Origin: Clarias gariepinus
Taxonomy: Eukaryota
Assembly (NCBI RefSeq): GCF_024256425.1
Contig: NC_071110.1
Location: 2,380,274 to 2,444,273, forward strand
Direction of reading: 5' to 3'
Length of the DNA stretch: 64,000 nucleotides
The position numbers and the translations under genes were made by a program. Shown in pieces: positions 49,833 through 61,586 of the stretch; within the stretch, counting starts at the first letter, position 1, and each line of letters starts with the position of its first letter. Under the pieces are notes generated by a model. It did no database searches, was not told the origin of the DNA, and saw only the letters and a program-made list of their open reading frames with translations.

Positions 49833-49911
49833 TCGGCTGTGATTCAGAGCAGACAGTTCCCTTTTCGCTTCCTGTCAGCGTATAAAGTCATCATGGAGCT
49901 CAATAAGTTGG
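49833..49911 (+). CDS. tep1: tep1 exon 10 (TROVE core)
   Basis: Acceptor TCTCAG at 49827-32 and donor GTAAGA at 49912. It encodes SAVIQSRQFPFRFLSAYKVIMELNKL. The FPFRFLxAY signature is conserved in the Ro60/TEP1 TROVE family. Confidence 0.8.
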
Positions 49912-51413
49912 GTAAGAATTATTGTAAATGATAAAATAATGACACAGTTAATCTGAAAAAAAATCACAAAATCATCTTTGCATGACTGTTTATAATTTTT
50001 TATTTAACTTCATTAAAAGTACAGTACCTAAGTACAAACATAGGGATAATTAACATTATTAGTCATATTTTATACAAATGTATTTTTTTTATTCTCGACA
50101 CCTATCCGACCCGTCCTATTATCAAGTTATTTAGGCCAGTCACCAACATTGCACTCAGATTCACTCATAATCGTGTCTATTTTTATCTCTGGCATAATGC
50201 CAGCCTCTCACATCATCCACATGTGTATTTTTGAATAAAAAAAAAAAAATTAGAATTTAAATTTTTTTTCATCCTAACTCCTCACGCTCCTTTGTGTTTT
50301 GCTCTTCTTCAGCCAGTGCTGGTGTAAAAGAGAAAAACAGTAAGAAGGAAGCCTTACGTGGAGTTTTAAAGAAGATGCCAAAGAAAATAAATTTGCGCAC
50401 TGATTGGTCAACAGCGACCCGGCAGAGGCTGCGTACTACGCTCCGGATTCCTTTCGTCCGTGGGTTATATTACTCAAAACTCAAAATGCATCAGAAAGCC
50501 AGGTCTGTATATAACAGTGAGTGTTTATGAAAGTCTTCCTGTCTTGACCTTTTTATTGCTACTTGCTATGTGTTCAAGTCAATAAACTGCACTCCTTATA
50601 GGCTGCTGAAAGTTATTGGTATAAGTGTCCACAAGAGGGCACTGTGGGCTTAGGGGAGAACTCCTGTGAGTCATTGTAGGTTGTTATGAGCTTATATTGA
50701 GAAGATTTCAGGGAAGAAATCTTCAAGAAGAGGAAAAATGTTTAATGTAGCACATGGGTACACCAACAACACCCTGTTACACTGAAAAGCAAAACTTTAT
50801 CACTTTATCTCTTCAGTGGAAAATAATCAGCAAACTTTTTTTTTAAGAATTACATGTAGTAGTACTGTAGTTCTATAATTGCGAAGTATAGGAAATAATG
50901 TAAATGCAGATAATCTGTTCCAGCCACCCAAAAATATTATAATTATATTTTTGCATATAAAAACAACCGAAACATTTAGTAAATGAAGTAAAATATGAAA
51001 TAAATAGACATTAAACCTCACTTAACCTTAATTCATGATACCTCTTGGCACCGGCTGCTTTAAAAACTAAACTGAAAGTGGCTTATCGTCCTTGATAATA
51101 TTCATGAGACCCATAGTGCTGTCTTCTATAAATCTTGCACAAAATGCAAAAAAAGAATGAAACCCCAGATGGAAATTTTCTTCGCTCATCTCTCCACTAA
51201 TTAAAACAAGTTTTGATTGGCTAGCAGAAGTACGCACAACCGGATGTTTGCGCAACTGGAAGTACAACCTGCTCGGTTGTTCGTATGCCGAGGCAAATTT
51301 CTTTTTCAAGAAAAAAAAAATTGTTCCTATGCTGTGTACAGTATTTCCACAGCTTTCTAAAAAATATCTTCTCTCTCTCTCCCTGTTGCTCAGTCCGAGA
51401 TGCTACACTCCAG

Positions 51414-51610
51414 AGCTGCTGCAGCGTTACCGTCAGGCCCTGGACAAAGCCGTAGAGATCTCCTGCACGTACAACATCCCTCCTCTGTCAGGACACACAC
51501 TCGTCCTCTTCGGGAGGTGGCTGACATTTCATGGAAAGAAAGGAACTGAATTCTGCATCCCTTCCGAGTCTTCAGCTGGAAGTACGGAGGACACAAACCT
51601 CTCAGCTTCG
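51414..51610 (+). CDS. tep1: tep1 exon 11 (TROVE/vWA-like)
   Basis: Acceptor CTCCAG at 51408-13, which is the only phase-compatible choice. Donor GTGAGA at 51611. It encodes (E)LLQRYRQALDKAVEISCTYNIPPLSGHTLVLFGRWLTFHGKKGTEFCIPSESSAGSTEDTNLSAS. The 5' boundary is uncertain. Confidence 0.5.
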
Positions 51611-52009
51611 GTGAGAAAAATAAGGAGGACGAGACTATGAACTTGAAGTTAATGCTAAGAAGTTCTTTCATCTCCAAAACAAGGGTCAAACATAGACAAG
51701 ACATTTATAACACAACACATATTTGATGGGTTTGCAACCAATCCTAGCTGTACCCTGTCTTGTGCATGAGGTTCCTTTAGACAGGCTCCTGCCCCCAATG
51801 ACATATGAGAGGTATATATGAGAGATGGAGGGATTGTGAATTTTATTTTTTTTACAAATCAACAGAAAAATCACTTTATAAACCTTAAACATCATGGCAT
51901 GGGGTAACTCGCAATCAGTTTAGTCAAACACGCATTATCTTTAAATTTAGATGATGAGAAACTTCAGAGGTCACATGACTCAGTTGGTCCTCTCGCTCTG
52001 TGCTTTTAG

Positions 52010-52162
52010 GTCTTGGAGGTGGCGGTGCTTCTGGCCATGATGATCTGCTACTGCAGTGAGCGTGCACGGTTCGTCCTGGCAGGAAGCGACTATTTAGAGG
52101 AAGTTCATATTAAGTCAGATGGGCTTTTGGAGAACGTGAGGAAAGTGTCCAAGCTGCTCACG
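52010..52162 (+). CDS. tep1: tep1 exon 12 (vWA-like)
   Basis: Acceptor TTTTAG at 52004-09 and donor GTCAGT at 52163. It encodes VLEVAVLLAMMICYCSERARFVLAGSDYLEEVHIKSDGLLENVRKVSKLLT in phase 0. Confidence 0.65.
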
Positions 52163-52455
52163 GTCAGTCATTAAGTTTTTAACATTTGTTTGTGGTCATT
52201 TGACGACTGCAAAACTTAAAAAGAAATGCTGAATTGTTTGTGTTGTAATCTCGTAAGAATATTTTTCTATATCTTATTTAATGACATTTTCTTATTTATA
52301 TAAGAATAAAGTTATTTTTCCGATTCCAGAACACACATTAACAAAGTGAAAACTAGAAATGTTCATGTTTCTGATGTTGTAGAAGTTGTAAAATGCTGGA
52401 ATGTTTGTGGTTAGGATTATTCTAACAACATTTAATAACTCTCTCTCTCTGTCAG

Positions 52456-52524
52456 GAATGGGAGGACTTACCTTCAATAGAACACAATCAATTCTTCAAC
52501 AAGCTTCTTGAAGAGAAAACAAAG
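52456..52524 (+). CDS. tep1: tep1 exon 13
   Basis: Acceptor TGTCAG at 52450-55 after a (CT)n tract. Donor GTCTCT at 52525. It encodes EWEDLPSIEHNQFFNKLLEEKTK. Confidence 0.55.
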
Positions 52525-52630
52525 GTCTCTATTTGAAGCCCATATGAACTCTAATAGTGTGAACACTTTTAAATTACCTTCAATATAATATTCAGTATCT
52601 ATGCTCGTGTGGTATTGTTTTATCACTCAG

Positions 52631-52752
52631 GTGGATACCATCATCTTGGTGGGCGATTACTCGACTGATTACATTACAAAGGTGGCAATTCAAAGATTTA
52701 GGAGACTGTCCACCCATCAGCCTTTACTGGTGAACATTTTGATCAACCAGTC
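52631..52752 (+). CDS. tep1: tep1 exon 14 (vWA-like)
   Basis: Acceptor CACTCAG at 52624-30 and donor GTAAGT at 52753. It encodes VDTIILVGDYSTDYITKVAIQRFRRLSTHQPLLVNILINQ and ends in phase 2. Confidence 0.65.
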
Positions 52753-53025
52753 GTAAGTTCTGTTCGGGTTATGGTTCATGGGTGTTTCAGGGTATGATAT
52801 TTACTGCAATGTAGTGACAAGATTTAGAAATTTGAATTGAGGCCACAAAGCTCCTCATACATTAGAAATATGCTTATGGTTGGAACAAAAGTTGTCTGGT
52901 TTCACATAAAATGTCCTAGTGTTTTTTGTTAACATTAAATTTTTTATATTTGTATAAATTTTTATTTAGTAATTCATGTATTCATATTCAGTGATACCAG
53001 GTTTCTGCTTATTCCTTTTTTTTAG

Positions 53026-53097
53026 TAAAACTTTGATTAGAACTGAAGATGATCCTGAAAGTGTGACCCTGTGTGGCTTTAGTGAGCAGATCCTCAG
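53026..53097 (+). CDS. tep1: tep1 exon 15
   Basis: Acceptor TTTTTTAG at 53018-25 and donor GTAACA at 53098. It encodes (S)KTLIRTEDDPESVTLCGFSEQIL. Phase matches exons 14 and 16. Confidence 0.6.
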
Positions 53098-53172
53098 GTA
53101 ACACCACATTTATGTATAAAGTGCTTAATAATTTCATAGACTGATAATGATCTCAATAAATTAGAATATTGC

Positions 53173-53718
53173 TTAAGATCGATAAAAAATATAAATTTTT
53201 AGCACAAAACATGTACAGTACTCCATACTTGGTCGATATGGCATGGAGGGGATCAGTCTGTGGCACTGCTGAGGTGTTATGGAAGCCCAGATGGCTCTGA
53301 TAGTGGCCTTCATCTCTTCTGCGTTGTTGGGTTTGGTGTCTTGTATATTCCTCTTCACAATACCCCAAAGATTCTCTATGGGGTTTGGGTCGGGCGAGTT
53401 TGCTGGCCAACCAAGCACAGGGATACCATGGTCCTTAAACCAGGTATTAGTACTTTATGCAGTGTGGGCAAGTGCCAAGTCCTGCTGGAAAATGAAATTA
53501 TCATCCTCATAAAGCTGGTCAGCAGAGGGAAGCATGGAGTGCCCTAAAATGTCCTGGTAGATGGCTGTGCTGACCTGATAGAACACGGTGACATGATTCC
53601 CCAAACAGCCACTGACTGTGCAAACTTTACACTCGACGTCAAGCAACTTGGGTTCTGTGCCTCTCCTCTCTTCCTTCATACTCTGGGACCTTGATTTCAC
53701 TTCACCTTCAAAAATCAC
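53173..53718 (-). mobile_element. Tc1/mariner transposase fragments in tep1 intron 15
   Basis: ORF 53173..53418 has the WPANSPDPNPIENLW motif. ORF 53455..53718 has the QQDLALAHTA motif. Both are C-terminal DDE parts only. Confidence 0.7.
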
Positions 53719-53734
53719 TTGAGAGTTTAGCAGG

Positions 53735-54010
53735 AGGCATCATGGTGGCTTAATGGTTAGCAATGTTGCCTCCAGACCTCCAGGGTTAGGGGATTAAATT
53801 TTACCTCTGTTGTGCTTACATGAAGCTTACATGTTCACCCTGTTTGGTGGGATTCCTCTTGGCAATCCGGTTTCCTCCCAAAGTCTGAAGACATGTGTTG
53901 TGGGCTGATTGGCATTTCCAAATTGCCTGTGCTGTTTTATTGTGTGTTTGTTAGTATGTGTGCTTGTGCTGTGCAGTGGACTGGTAGATTAGTGTGATAA
54001 ACTTCAGCCT
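53735..54010 (+). mobile_element. tRNA-derived SINE (DANA-like family) in tep1 intron 15
   Basis: A tRNA-like head (GGTGGCTTAATGGTTAGCAATG) is followed by the conserved ...TTCCTCCCAAAGTCTGAAGACATG... body shared with the copy at 56938. Confidence 0.65.
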
Positions 54011-54494
54011 GACAATGGGAATGGAAAATAAATATGTTTTGTTGGTGTAACATGCGTCTCTTAATATAAAATCAGAAATATGTACAAAAACATAATAGGA
54101 CTTGTTTACCAAAATTTTTATGGAGTCTACTGTTGTTATAAACCTATCCTACATACATTCTAATACATTATAATCCCTTACCCCCTAATTAATAATATCC
54201 TTATACAACTTAAATATAGGTGTAAGGGCTGAAAAGGTCAGCTAATGCAGTTATTCTGATTTCAATATTTACAACTAGTGGAGTAAGTAAATTAAAAGAC
54301 TTAAAATATAGTGGTTAAAGTGCCACTATTATGCTTTTTCAAATATTATCTTACATGCAGTGTGTCATGTGGCTGTATGTGAACATAAACTATCTGCACT
54401 ATCTGTGACGCTGACAGTGCACGATAAATGGAGTTTTTGTCTATTAAATAAAAGAATCGTCTCAGCCTAAACGAGTCTTAGCAAATCTATTTTA

Positions 54495-54560
54495 TATTTG
54501 CATTTAGGCATTTGGCAGACGCTCTTATCCAGAACGGCTTTAAAGTTTGCATCACTAGAT
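54495..54560 (+). repeat. Second copy of the CATTTAGGCATTTGGCAGACGCTCTTATCCAG SINE-core repeat
   Basis: Near-identical to 11208..11265. Confidence 0.5.
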
Positions 54561-55105
54561 ACATCAGCAAGCATCAGCGTTTTGAATTTGATGCAGGCAG
54601 CTACAGGAAGCCAGTACAGGGAGCAGAGGAGTGGGGTGGTGCGGGAGAACTTGGGAAAGTTAAAAACAAGACAGGCTGCTGCATTCTGGATCAGTTTCAG
54701 AGGACGAATCGTGGACAGAGGCAGGCCTGCCAGAAGTGATTTGCATTTTTACTCTGTTACAGATCCACGTCACTCCGTCACTTATTTGCATAATGTCCAC
54801 CCACGGTCTAAGTCGCGAACAATTTGCCCGCCCATGTTTTACGTCACGAACAACTTGCCCATAATCTTACAATTAACGTTACCAAACTCTTGTTAATGTG
54901 ACCGAGCGTTCTTGCCAGGTTTGCTTAAACACTTTATAATATAAAAAAACAATAAAAAACGAGAGCACACAAAATCCTTTTTAACTGTTTATTCTCCACC
55001 ATTTACCAAAACTGAACTTTAGGTTAAGTGCGCATGCCTATCTACGGCAAGCCCTGAGGGGAAAAATGCCAAAGAGTAAGGGCACGGAGCATGCGCACTT
55101 CGCCA

Positions 55106-55107
<2 letters not shown>

Positions 55108-55156
<49 letters not shown>
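55108..55156. repeat. (AC)n microsatellite
   Basis: Direct read. Confidence 0.95.
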
Positions 55157-55160
<4 letters not shown>

Positions 55161-56366
55161 CGCACAAAGAGTAAGGGCACGGAGCTTGCGCACTTCACGC
55201 ATCACATAAACGCACGATTTTTTAACCGGATTATCTTCGACTGGACATATTCCCCGGACTTCTCACCCTCCGTCATCGGCCTCCCGGACTTCATTAACCC
55301 CCGTGAGACCGAACCATACTCGGTATACTCGGATAACACACATGCAATAAACACGGACTTCGGACATTTTCCACTCACTCGCATTTACGCACACATACAC
55401 ATACCGTTTATTATATATAGTTTGTAAATATTGTTTATATCTTTGGTTGTTGTGCACTTTTTTTGTTTACTTTATTTAGTTTTGTATAACACACGTTTGC
55501 TTTGTCTACGTGTTTGTGTTTGTCCTTTTTGCTTACCGGCCTTTTAACGCAACAAAGACACAAAGATAAAAGACCTCTCGATTTTTGTAGCCACAGTTAA
55601 TATAAAATTAGCTGTTCATTTACACGGTAAAACCGCCATCTGACCAATCACAGCAGTAAGGGGTCACGGAAAGGAGGGGTTTAGACAGACTGAATCTTCA
55701 AACTGCTTTACATTAGTCGTTTACGAATCATTTAGAAATGGGGTAAAATTAAATCTATTTTTGGAGAAAACTAAAGTGTTTTTTGACCTTGCATACATGT
55801 AAACCTGTTTTAAGAGACTCATTAAGCAATATTAGTAACCTTTAAAATGTCATAATTGGGGCACTTTAAGAATATTATAGCAAATGAAGTTATTTGGGTT
55901 TAAATGTAAATGTGAATCAAAGGGGCCAATGTTGTGCTTTGTAACTGTGGTGGAAATTAGATTACCAACTCTGGAGACTTCAAATAGTATCACAACAAGA
56001 GAAGAGGTTTATTAAACAGCGCTGGTATCATCTAACAGTGCCTTATATATTCTAATAGAGAAGGTCATCGTCACATCACATAAACATATACTGTAATGTT
56101 TAAGAAAACAACAGACCTGTTCCATCGGGTGCTGATAAGCAGACAAGTTACATCTCCTGACGCTGAGTTTCTGTCAACGTAGATAGATCAAGGCCTTTAC
56201 TCCCTATAGATCTTCTTTCTTGCACGTACACATATCCTAAGTCTGTAACTCTAATGGGTCAGCCATGATTATGTCGAATTTTAGTTAGACACACGTAGTC
56301 GATTAAAATTTTCTACCACTTAATTTGCCAGAAAGTTTGTTCACTGGTCATTTTCTTGCCCTGCAG

Positions 56367-56513
56367 GTTCATTTCAGAGCGCGGGTCCTCCAGATTTTTG
56401 GATCACGTGGAGCAAATCGACAAACTGTACAAGATTCCTCCTCCAACACGTTCTGCTTCAAAACCAGAGAGAAGCAGTGACATCATACCCCTACCTGCGG
56501 TCCCCAAACTCAG
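56367..56513 (+). CDS. tep1: tep1 exon 16
   Basis: Acceptor CCCTGCAG at 56359-66 and donor GTACCT at 56514. It encodes (R)FISERGSSRFLDHVEQIDKLYKIPPPTRSASKPERSSDIIPLPAVPKL. Confidence 0.6.
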
Positions 56514-56568
56514 GTACCTCCACACAACTGAACTAGCAATACCTGAACTTGTGTGTTCAGGGAAAAAT

Positions 56569-56575
<7 letters not shown>

Positions 56576-56630
<55 letters not shown>
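56576..56630. repeat. (AT)n followed by a T(27) homopolymer, about 60 bp downstream of the tep1 exon 16 donor
   Basis: Direct read. Confidence 0.95.
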
Positions 56631-56634
<4 letters not shown>

Positions 56635-56937
56635 CAGAAAGAGGAATATGTTGTGTATTGTAGTGAAAGTGTATGACTAAATAAGAAAGAAAGAGGCTAA
56701 AATAAAACTGTTTTATATCCAGAAACGGTAAAACTAAGATGCATAGTATAGTAAAATAAATAGACGTGTTAAAGAAGATAATGTTAAGAAAAAAAGTGTA
56801 TAAGAGAGAAAGTAGAAATTATCTATAAAAAGATAGGGAAAATAAATAATTATTGAATAATAAAAAAAAAATAAATGAAAAAATTGAAAGGAAAATGCAT
56901 GAAAGAAAATATAAAATTTTTTTACTTGTTTACTGAT

Positions 56938-57215
56938 TTGGCAGCGCGATGGTGTAGTGGTTAGCACTATCGCCTAACACCTCCGGGGTCTGGGTTTGAT
57001 TTCCGACCAGGCGCAATTCCCATCTCTGTGTGCATGGAGGTTGAATGTTTTCCCCGTGCTTGGTGGGTTTCCTCCCACAGTCCAAAGACATGCAGATTAG
57101 GCTAATTGGCATTCCCAAATTGCCCATAGTTTGTGATTGAGTGTGTGAGGGAGTGCAAGTGTATGCCCTGCGATGGATTGGCACCCTGTCCAGGGTTTAC
57201 CCTATAAATCGTTTT
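56938..57215 (+). mobile_element. tRNA-derived SINE (DANA-like) in tep1 intron 16, about 130 bp upstream of exon 17
   Basis: It has the GGCAGCGCGATGGTGTAGTGGTTAGCACTATCGCCTAACACCTCCGGGGTCTGGGTTTGATTTCCGACCAGG tRNA head and the ...GGTTTCCTCCCACAGTCCAAAGACATGCAGATTAGGCTAATTGGCATTCCCAAATTG body. Confidence 0.75.
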
Positions 57216-57342
57216 TGAGGAATTACATTATTTAAAAAAAGTAGTTATAAACCAAATGTCATTTTTTATTGCTTCGTTTTCTCTGAAAGTTAGAATCTGT
57301 GACAGTAAAAAAGCTTACACATTGTCCTCATTCCGTTGTCAG

Positions 57343-57634
57343 GTGGCGTAGCGTGCGTGTCTTCATCTCGTCTACGTTCAGAGACATGCACGGCGAGCGA
57401 GACGTCCTGGTCCGCAGTGTTTTCCCGGAGTTACGGCGGCGAGCGGCTTCCCTCTGCCTCCACCTGCAGGAGGTGGACCTGCGCTGGGGCGTCACTGAGG
57501 AGGAATCGGCACGCGCCGCTGAGATCTGCCTCAGGGAGGTCTGTCGCTCCCATTTGCTGCTGGGAATTCTGGGAGAGAGATACGGCCTGGTGCCTCCTCG
57601 GCCCTCGCTGCCTGACCTGCCTCACTACAGCTGG
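57343..57634 (+). CDS. tep1: tep1 exon 17 (DUF4062-like block preceding NACHT)
   Basis: Acceptor TTGTCAG at 57336-42 and donor GTAGGA at 57635. It encodes (R)[97 protein letters not shown]. The [15 protein letters not shown] segment is the DUF4062 signature seen N-terminal to the NACHT domain in TEP1/NWD-type STAND proteins. Confidence 0.8.
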
Positions 57635-58102
57635 GTAGGAAGAGAAAATAGAAAGTCTTTACTAATCATTGTAATGAGTTATTTACTGACTATTTATTCA
57701 TGTTGGATTTTAATTGCTGCGATATTCTGTAGGATGGGTTCTGCTTACAAATCCACATGTTAGTTTTGTAATTTTTGTGATTTAATACAAAATATTTGCT
57801 ATTGGCTCTGTTGCTTATTGATAAATCCACTACAGCTCTAAGTTTATTGATTTGGCTTGATATTTTATCCTTCCTTCAAAATACTTACTACACTTTTTGT
57901 AGTTTTTATTTAGAACAGTAGTGCACAGGCAATATTATTATCATTACACACTTTTTTTTTTTACTTTTTATTTATGCTATATGTGCTTTTTATTACAATT
58001 GTTTTATTTTGGATTTATATTGAAGTTGTATGTGATGTAATTTTATAAATGATGTTACGTATAAAATATAAAGATTTATAGCTTTTTAATTGTGTGTGTC
58101 AG

Positions 58103-58224
58103 TTGAAGTCGGCTCCTGAGGGTCTGTCGGTCACAGAGATGGAGATCCGTCAGTTTCAGGCCGTGTTTCCTGATTCTGCTCAGAGCCGCATGTTCTTCTA
58201 CTTCAGATCTCCTCAGCTGCTCAG
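58103..58224 (+). CDS. tep1: tep1 exon 18
   Basis: Acceptor GTGTCAG at 58096-102 and donor GTACGG at 58225. It encodes LKSAPEGLSVTEMEIRQFQAVFPDSAQSRMFFYFRSPQLL. Confidence 0.65.
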
Positions 58225-59124
58225 GTACGGACTCACCTTCTAACCTTCTGCTCTCAGAGACTCAGGACTGGATCTCAACAAGCCTCTGTACCACTTCAAC
58301 ACGTTTAAATAGCAAAATATCTGAAGAGCAGCATTTTATCTGGTTAATGAAGTATAAATTTGTTACAAAATAAAACGCTCATGCTGTTATAGGAGAGTTA
58401 CCACCCTGAAGCTATATTATCATATAGCATAAAACAATTTTATTAAAATCTATAGGTACAATCATATATTATTATATGTTTTTAGTAAATCTTTAAAATT
58501 GTAAAACAAAATTTACAGAATTTTCTCCTCCTTTTAAACCTTAACAGTTTATTTAAAACAACATTACTGTTTTTTTGGAAGTTTCTTCCAGTGTATCATG
58601 TAAACCTTTATATCATGATAAATATAATATATGCCTTAGATAATCATGATATTTTTTGATCACGTCTTGATCTATTGTTTAATTATAAGTGATTGGGGAG
58701 TATGTGACTATTTAATTATTATATGAATAATAAATATAAATAAAATATAGAGGTTGATTTTTACAAATGTAAAGGGCCAGAACACACAGGTAGCAGGTGT
58801 CAACTTCTCAACAACAGTTCTTTAATGAAGGGTGGGCGGGCAGCAGGCAGCTATAGGTGAACGGGACTTATAGCTTAGAGGAAAACTACTCACTGGAAGA
58901 AGACGAGTGGGCCTTTTAAAAGGCCGTGCGGATGCTGAGTGGGTGATAGTGTTGATCCACTTCCAGCCCAGGTGCGTTCCACAGGCCCGCTCCCTTGATA
59001 GGTGTGCTCTGCTGTCGGCGCACCTTACTCTATGTGTGTGTATGTGAGAAGCTCCTGCACCAAGTGGGCCACTGTTGCACAAATCAGCTAAATTCATAAA
59101 ATTATTATTAATATTTTTGTTTAG

Positions 59125-59238
59125 TTCAGTGCCTGAGGCTTGGAGAGACGACTTTGCAGCTGAATCCCAAAAAAATGCAGCGAAAATGGATGAACTGAAG
59201 AAATGGATTAAGAGCAATGACTTTGGAGTGATGGAAAA
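59125..59238 (+). CDS. tep1: tep1 exon 19
   Basis: Acceptor TTGTTTAG at 59117-24; the AG 5 nt downstream gives an in-frame stop. Donor GTAAGA at 59239. It encodes (S)SVPEAWRDDFAAESQKNAAKMDELKKWIKSNDFGVME. Confidence 0.6.
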
Positions 59239-59418
59239 GTAAGAACAGGATCTAAATTATTAAATTATTATGTTTGTTTAGTAAATTTGGTTTGGCAGTT
59301 TTGTGTTTAGTCTCATCTGGTAAACTCAGAGAAAGACACAAGATTGAAGTCATAAAATGAGCATCATAGTAAGTGTTGTGTTGTTATGCACTGTGAGTTC
59401 TTCTCTGTATATGTGTAG

Positions 59419-59536
59419 TTACCCGTGTGAGTGGGGCGGAGTCATAGCTGGAAAAGCGTACGTTAAAGCTCTGGAGGATTTCGCCAAGGCTGTGATGGAG
59501 GATCTGTGGTCTGTTATACAGAGGCTTTTTGTTGAG
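59419..59536 (+). CDS. tep1: tep1 exon 20
   Basis: Acceptor TGTGTAG at 59412-18 and donor GTCAGG at 59537. It encodes (N)YPCEWGGVIAGKAYVKALEDFAKAVMEDLWSVIQRLFVE and ends in phase 0. Confidence 0.6.
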
Positions 59537-59779
59537 GTCAGGCATCAAAATTATATGTTGTTATTAAATACAATACAATTTCGAGATGATTTATAAAATC
59601 TCTTACATAAAGAGTTCAGTTTTAATTAGCATCTTCTTCACTGTGACTGACAGACTGAGAGGCCACACCTCCTTTAGTGGACTGTCAGGCACAGAGGGTG
59701 TATGAACAGTTCTGTGATCAGATGGCCATTATTTCACCCTCCTCAGTGTTCTTGTTCACTGTTTTGACCTGTTGCTCAG

Positions 59780-59968
59780 GAATCAGACGAGGCAGATCTG
59801 ACAGCAGAGATCAAAGAACAGGAAGTGCACCAGGAAGCCCAAAGCCAGCAGTTTTACGGGCGAGCGAAGCTGCTTTCAAAGGCAAAAGAGAAAATTGAAG
59901 AATCTCAGCGGAAAGGCGGGGTTCTGCTGGTGCAGGGCGGGGCCGGAGTCGGCAAAACAACTTTCATG
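59780..59968 (+). CDS. tep1: tep1 exon 21 (NACHT Walker A)
   Basis: Acceptor TGCTCAG at 59773-79 and donor GTAACT at 59969. It encodes ESDEADLTAEIKEQEVHQEAQSQQFYGRAKLLSKAKEKIEESQRKGGVLLVQGGAGVGKTTFM. GxxGxGKT is a P-loop Walker A motif in NACHT context. Confidence 0.85.
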
Positions 59969-60106
59969 GTAACTCTTTGCATTTTATTTATTGCATATGG
60001 CAGCTGACAGGAACAAGTGTCTCACGCAGCTGACACGTGTCTCAAGCAGCTGACACGTCACAGTCATGTCTCTTTCTCTGTCTCTGTCCTTTTTTTTTTC
60101 TGTCAG

Positions 60107-60294
60107 GCTTCATTGGCTCACTCACTCCAAACCCCAGACAAGAGGAAGAAAGTGCCCATGTGTGATGTCATATCCTACTCCACAGCTGCTAGCCATTCAG
60201 CTTCTGGGGTTGAGCCTCTCCTACGCTGTTTGGTCCAATGGCTGAGGAAGAGGAAGGAGCAGGAGGAGGAGCTTCCTCCCAGCACACCTTACAG
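60107..60294 (+). CDS. tep1: tep1 exon 22 (NACHT)
   Basis: Acceptor (T)nCTGTCAG at 60090-106 and donor GTGAGA at 60295. It encodes ASLAHSLQTPDKRKKVPMCDVISYSTAASHSASGVEPLLRCLVQWLRKRKEQEEELPPSTPY. Confidence 0.7.
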
Positions 60295-60508
60295 GTGAGA
60301 GATACGTAGAATGTGGAAGTATAAAAATTTGAAATAAAAAATAAAGGGTAAGAGTTTCATGCTGGCAAAAAGGAAACCTATGGTCTGTGCCTTTTCTTTG
60401 AGAATAAATTTAACTGTAAAGGAAACAGAATAGGACATGTAATAGAAACCTGTGTTTCTCAGTGTAGTTTTTACAGAATCAGAGAATAAATGCAGTGTGT
60501 ATTAACAG

Positions 60509-60650
60509 AGATCTGCTGTCAGAGTTACTCTCTCAGCTGAAGGAGGTGAAGAAAGGCAGATCTCTGGCTTTACTCATTGATGGAGCAGATCTGGTGCACG
60601 ATGCTAAAGGGCAAAGAATTTCTGAATGGATTCCACAACACATTCCAAAG
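60509..60650 (+). CDS. tep1: tep1 exon 23 (NACHT Walker B)
   Basis: Acceptor AACAG at 60504-08 and donor GTTTAG at 60651. It encodes (R)DLLSELLSQLKEVKKGRSLALLIDGADLVHDAKGQRISEWIPQHIPK. The hhhhDGxDE-like segment is a Walker B motif. Confidence 0.75.
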
Positions 60651-60793
60651 GTTTAGTAACACAAACACACACATATATAATTTACAGATATCTAGGGAAA
60701 AATTATATAAGGATTAAAATACTTTGTGTTTTCCTGTTTTCAGTGAAATAATATAGAGCTGTTTGTGTGATGATGCTGTCTTCAACCTTTTAG

Positions 60794-60973
60794 GGTGTGT
60801 GTCTGGTCCTGAGCGTTACTACAGGTTCAGATCTCCACAACACCATCAGCAAAAGTAAAAGCTGCACTCTGTTTCCTCTGGGGCCGTTACTGCTGCCAGA
60901 CCGGAGAGAAATCGTCGAGAAGGAGCTGAGTGTGTACGGGAAGAAACTGAGTGATTCTGCTTTTAATAACCAG
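60794..60973 (+). CDS. tep1: tep1 exon 24 (NACHT)
   Basis: Acceptor TTTTAG at 60788-93 and donor GTCTGA at 60974. It encodes GVCLVLSVTTGSDLHNTISKSKSCTLFPLGPLLLPDRREIVEKELSVYGKKLSDSAFNNQ. Confidence 0.7.
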
Positions 60974-61046
60974 GTCTGATATTACATCACAGAGCAAAAT
61001 GGGTGTTTGAGGGAAACAGGGAAACTTCATGTGTTTGTTCCTGCAG

Positions 61047-61139
61047 CTCCAGACGCTGCTGATGAAGAAGGGAGCTGCGAGTCCACTGTATCTGCGCTTG
61101 GCCTGTGAGGAGCTCAGGAACTACGCCTCCTTTGAAAAG
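61047..61139 (+). CDS. tep1: tep1 exon 25 (NACHT C-terminal part)
   Basis: Acceptor TTCCTGCAG at 61038-46 and donor GTGACA at 61140. It encodes LQTLLMKKGAASPLYLRLACEELRNYASFEK. A PLYLRLxxEEL-type segment is typical at the end of NACHT modules. Confidence 0.75.
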
Positions 61140-61586
61140 GTGACACTAACGCTGATGCTCATATTTGTTCTAGAAGACACACATTAAAATCATTAAGGTG
61201 CTTTCCTTTGTGTGGCCATAATAAACTAGTGAAACCATGGCAACTAAATAAAAGACTGCTTTCTAGTGACCGATGTACAACGAATGTAGAGTTGCAAGAT
61301 GTCATTGTGATTGGTTTTGATTGCAGATGATGGCAGTGTTTTATAAAATATTCATTTAAACAGCATATTTGTATTAAACATTACAGATCATCAGTGTCAT
61401 TGCCGTTATGAGTTGTTTGAATGAGGATGATTTGTATATAGTGTACGTATGATAGCTCCAAACATGCTTATTTTACTTTAGAAAAGAGATCAGTCAACAT
61501 TTGTTGTAATGTGTTGTAATGATTTTTGAAAGATTTAGTGAAACCTCGTACAGTGTAAATCGGCTTAAACCACGTTTCGTTTCCAG

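Noticed and set aside
51392-51413. Upstream acceptor for tep1 exon 11 at 51392-93 (would add SPRCYTP); separately, a possible 27-nt micro-exon at 50313..50339
   Set aside because: The upstream acceptor breaks codon phase with exon 10, while the acceptor at 51413 restores it. The micro-exon is phase-neutral and cannot be supported without transcript data, so I left it out of the model.
57336-57638. Alternative-frame ORF 57336..57638 (+) and antisense ORF 57431..57625 over exon 17
   Set aside because: The region is GC-rich and open in several frames. Only the frame giving [15 protein letters not shown] is phase-compatible with the neighbouring exons and carries a recognisable domain.
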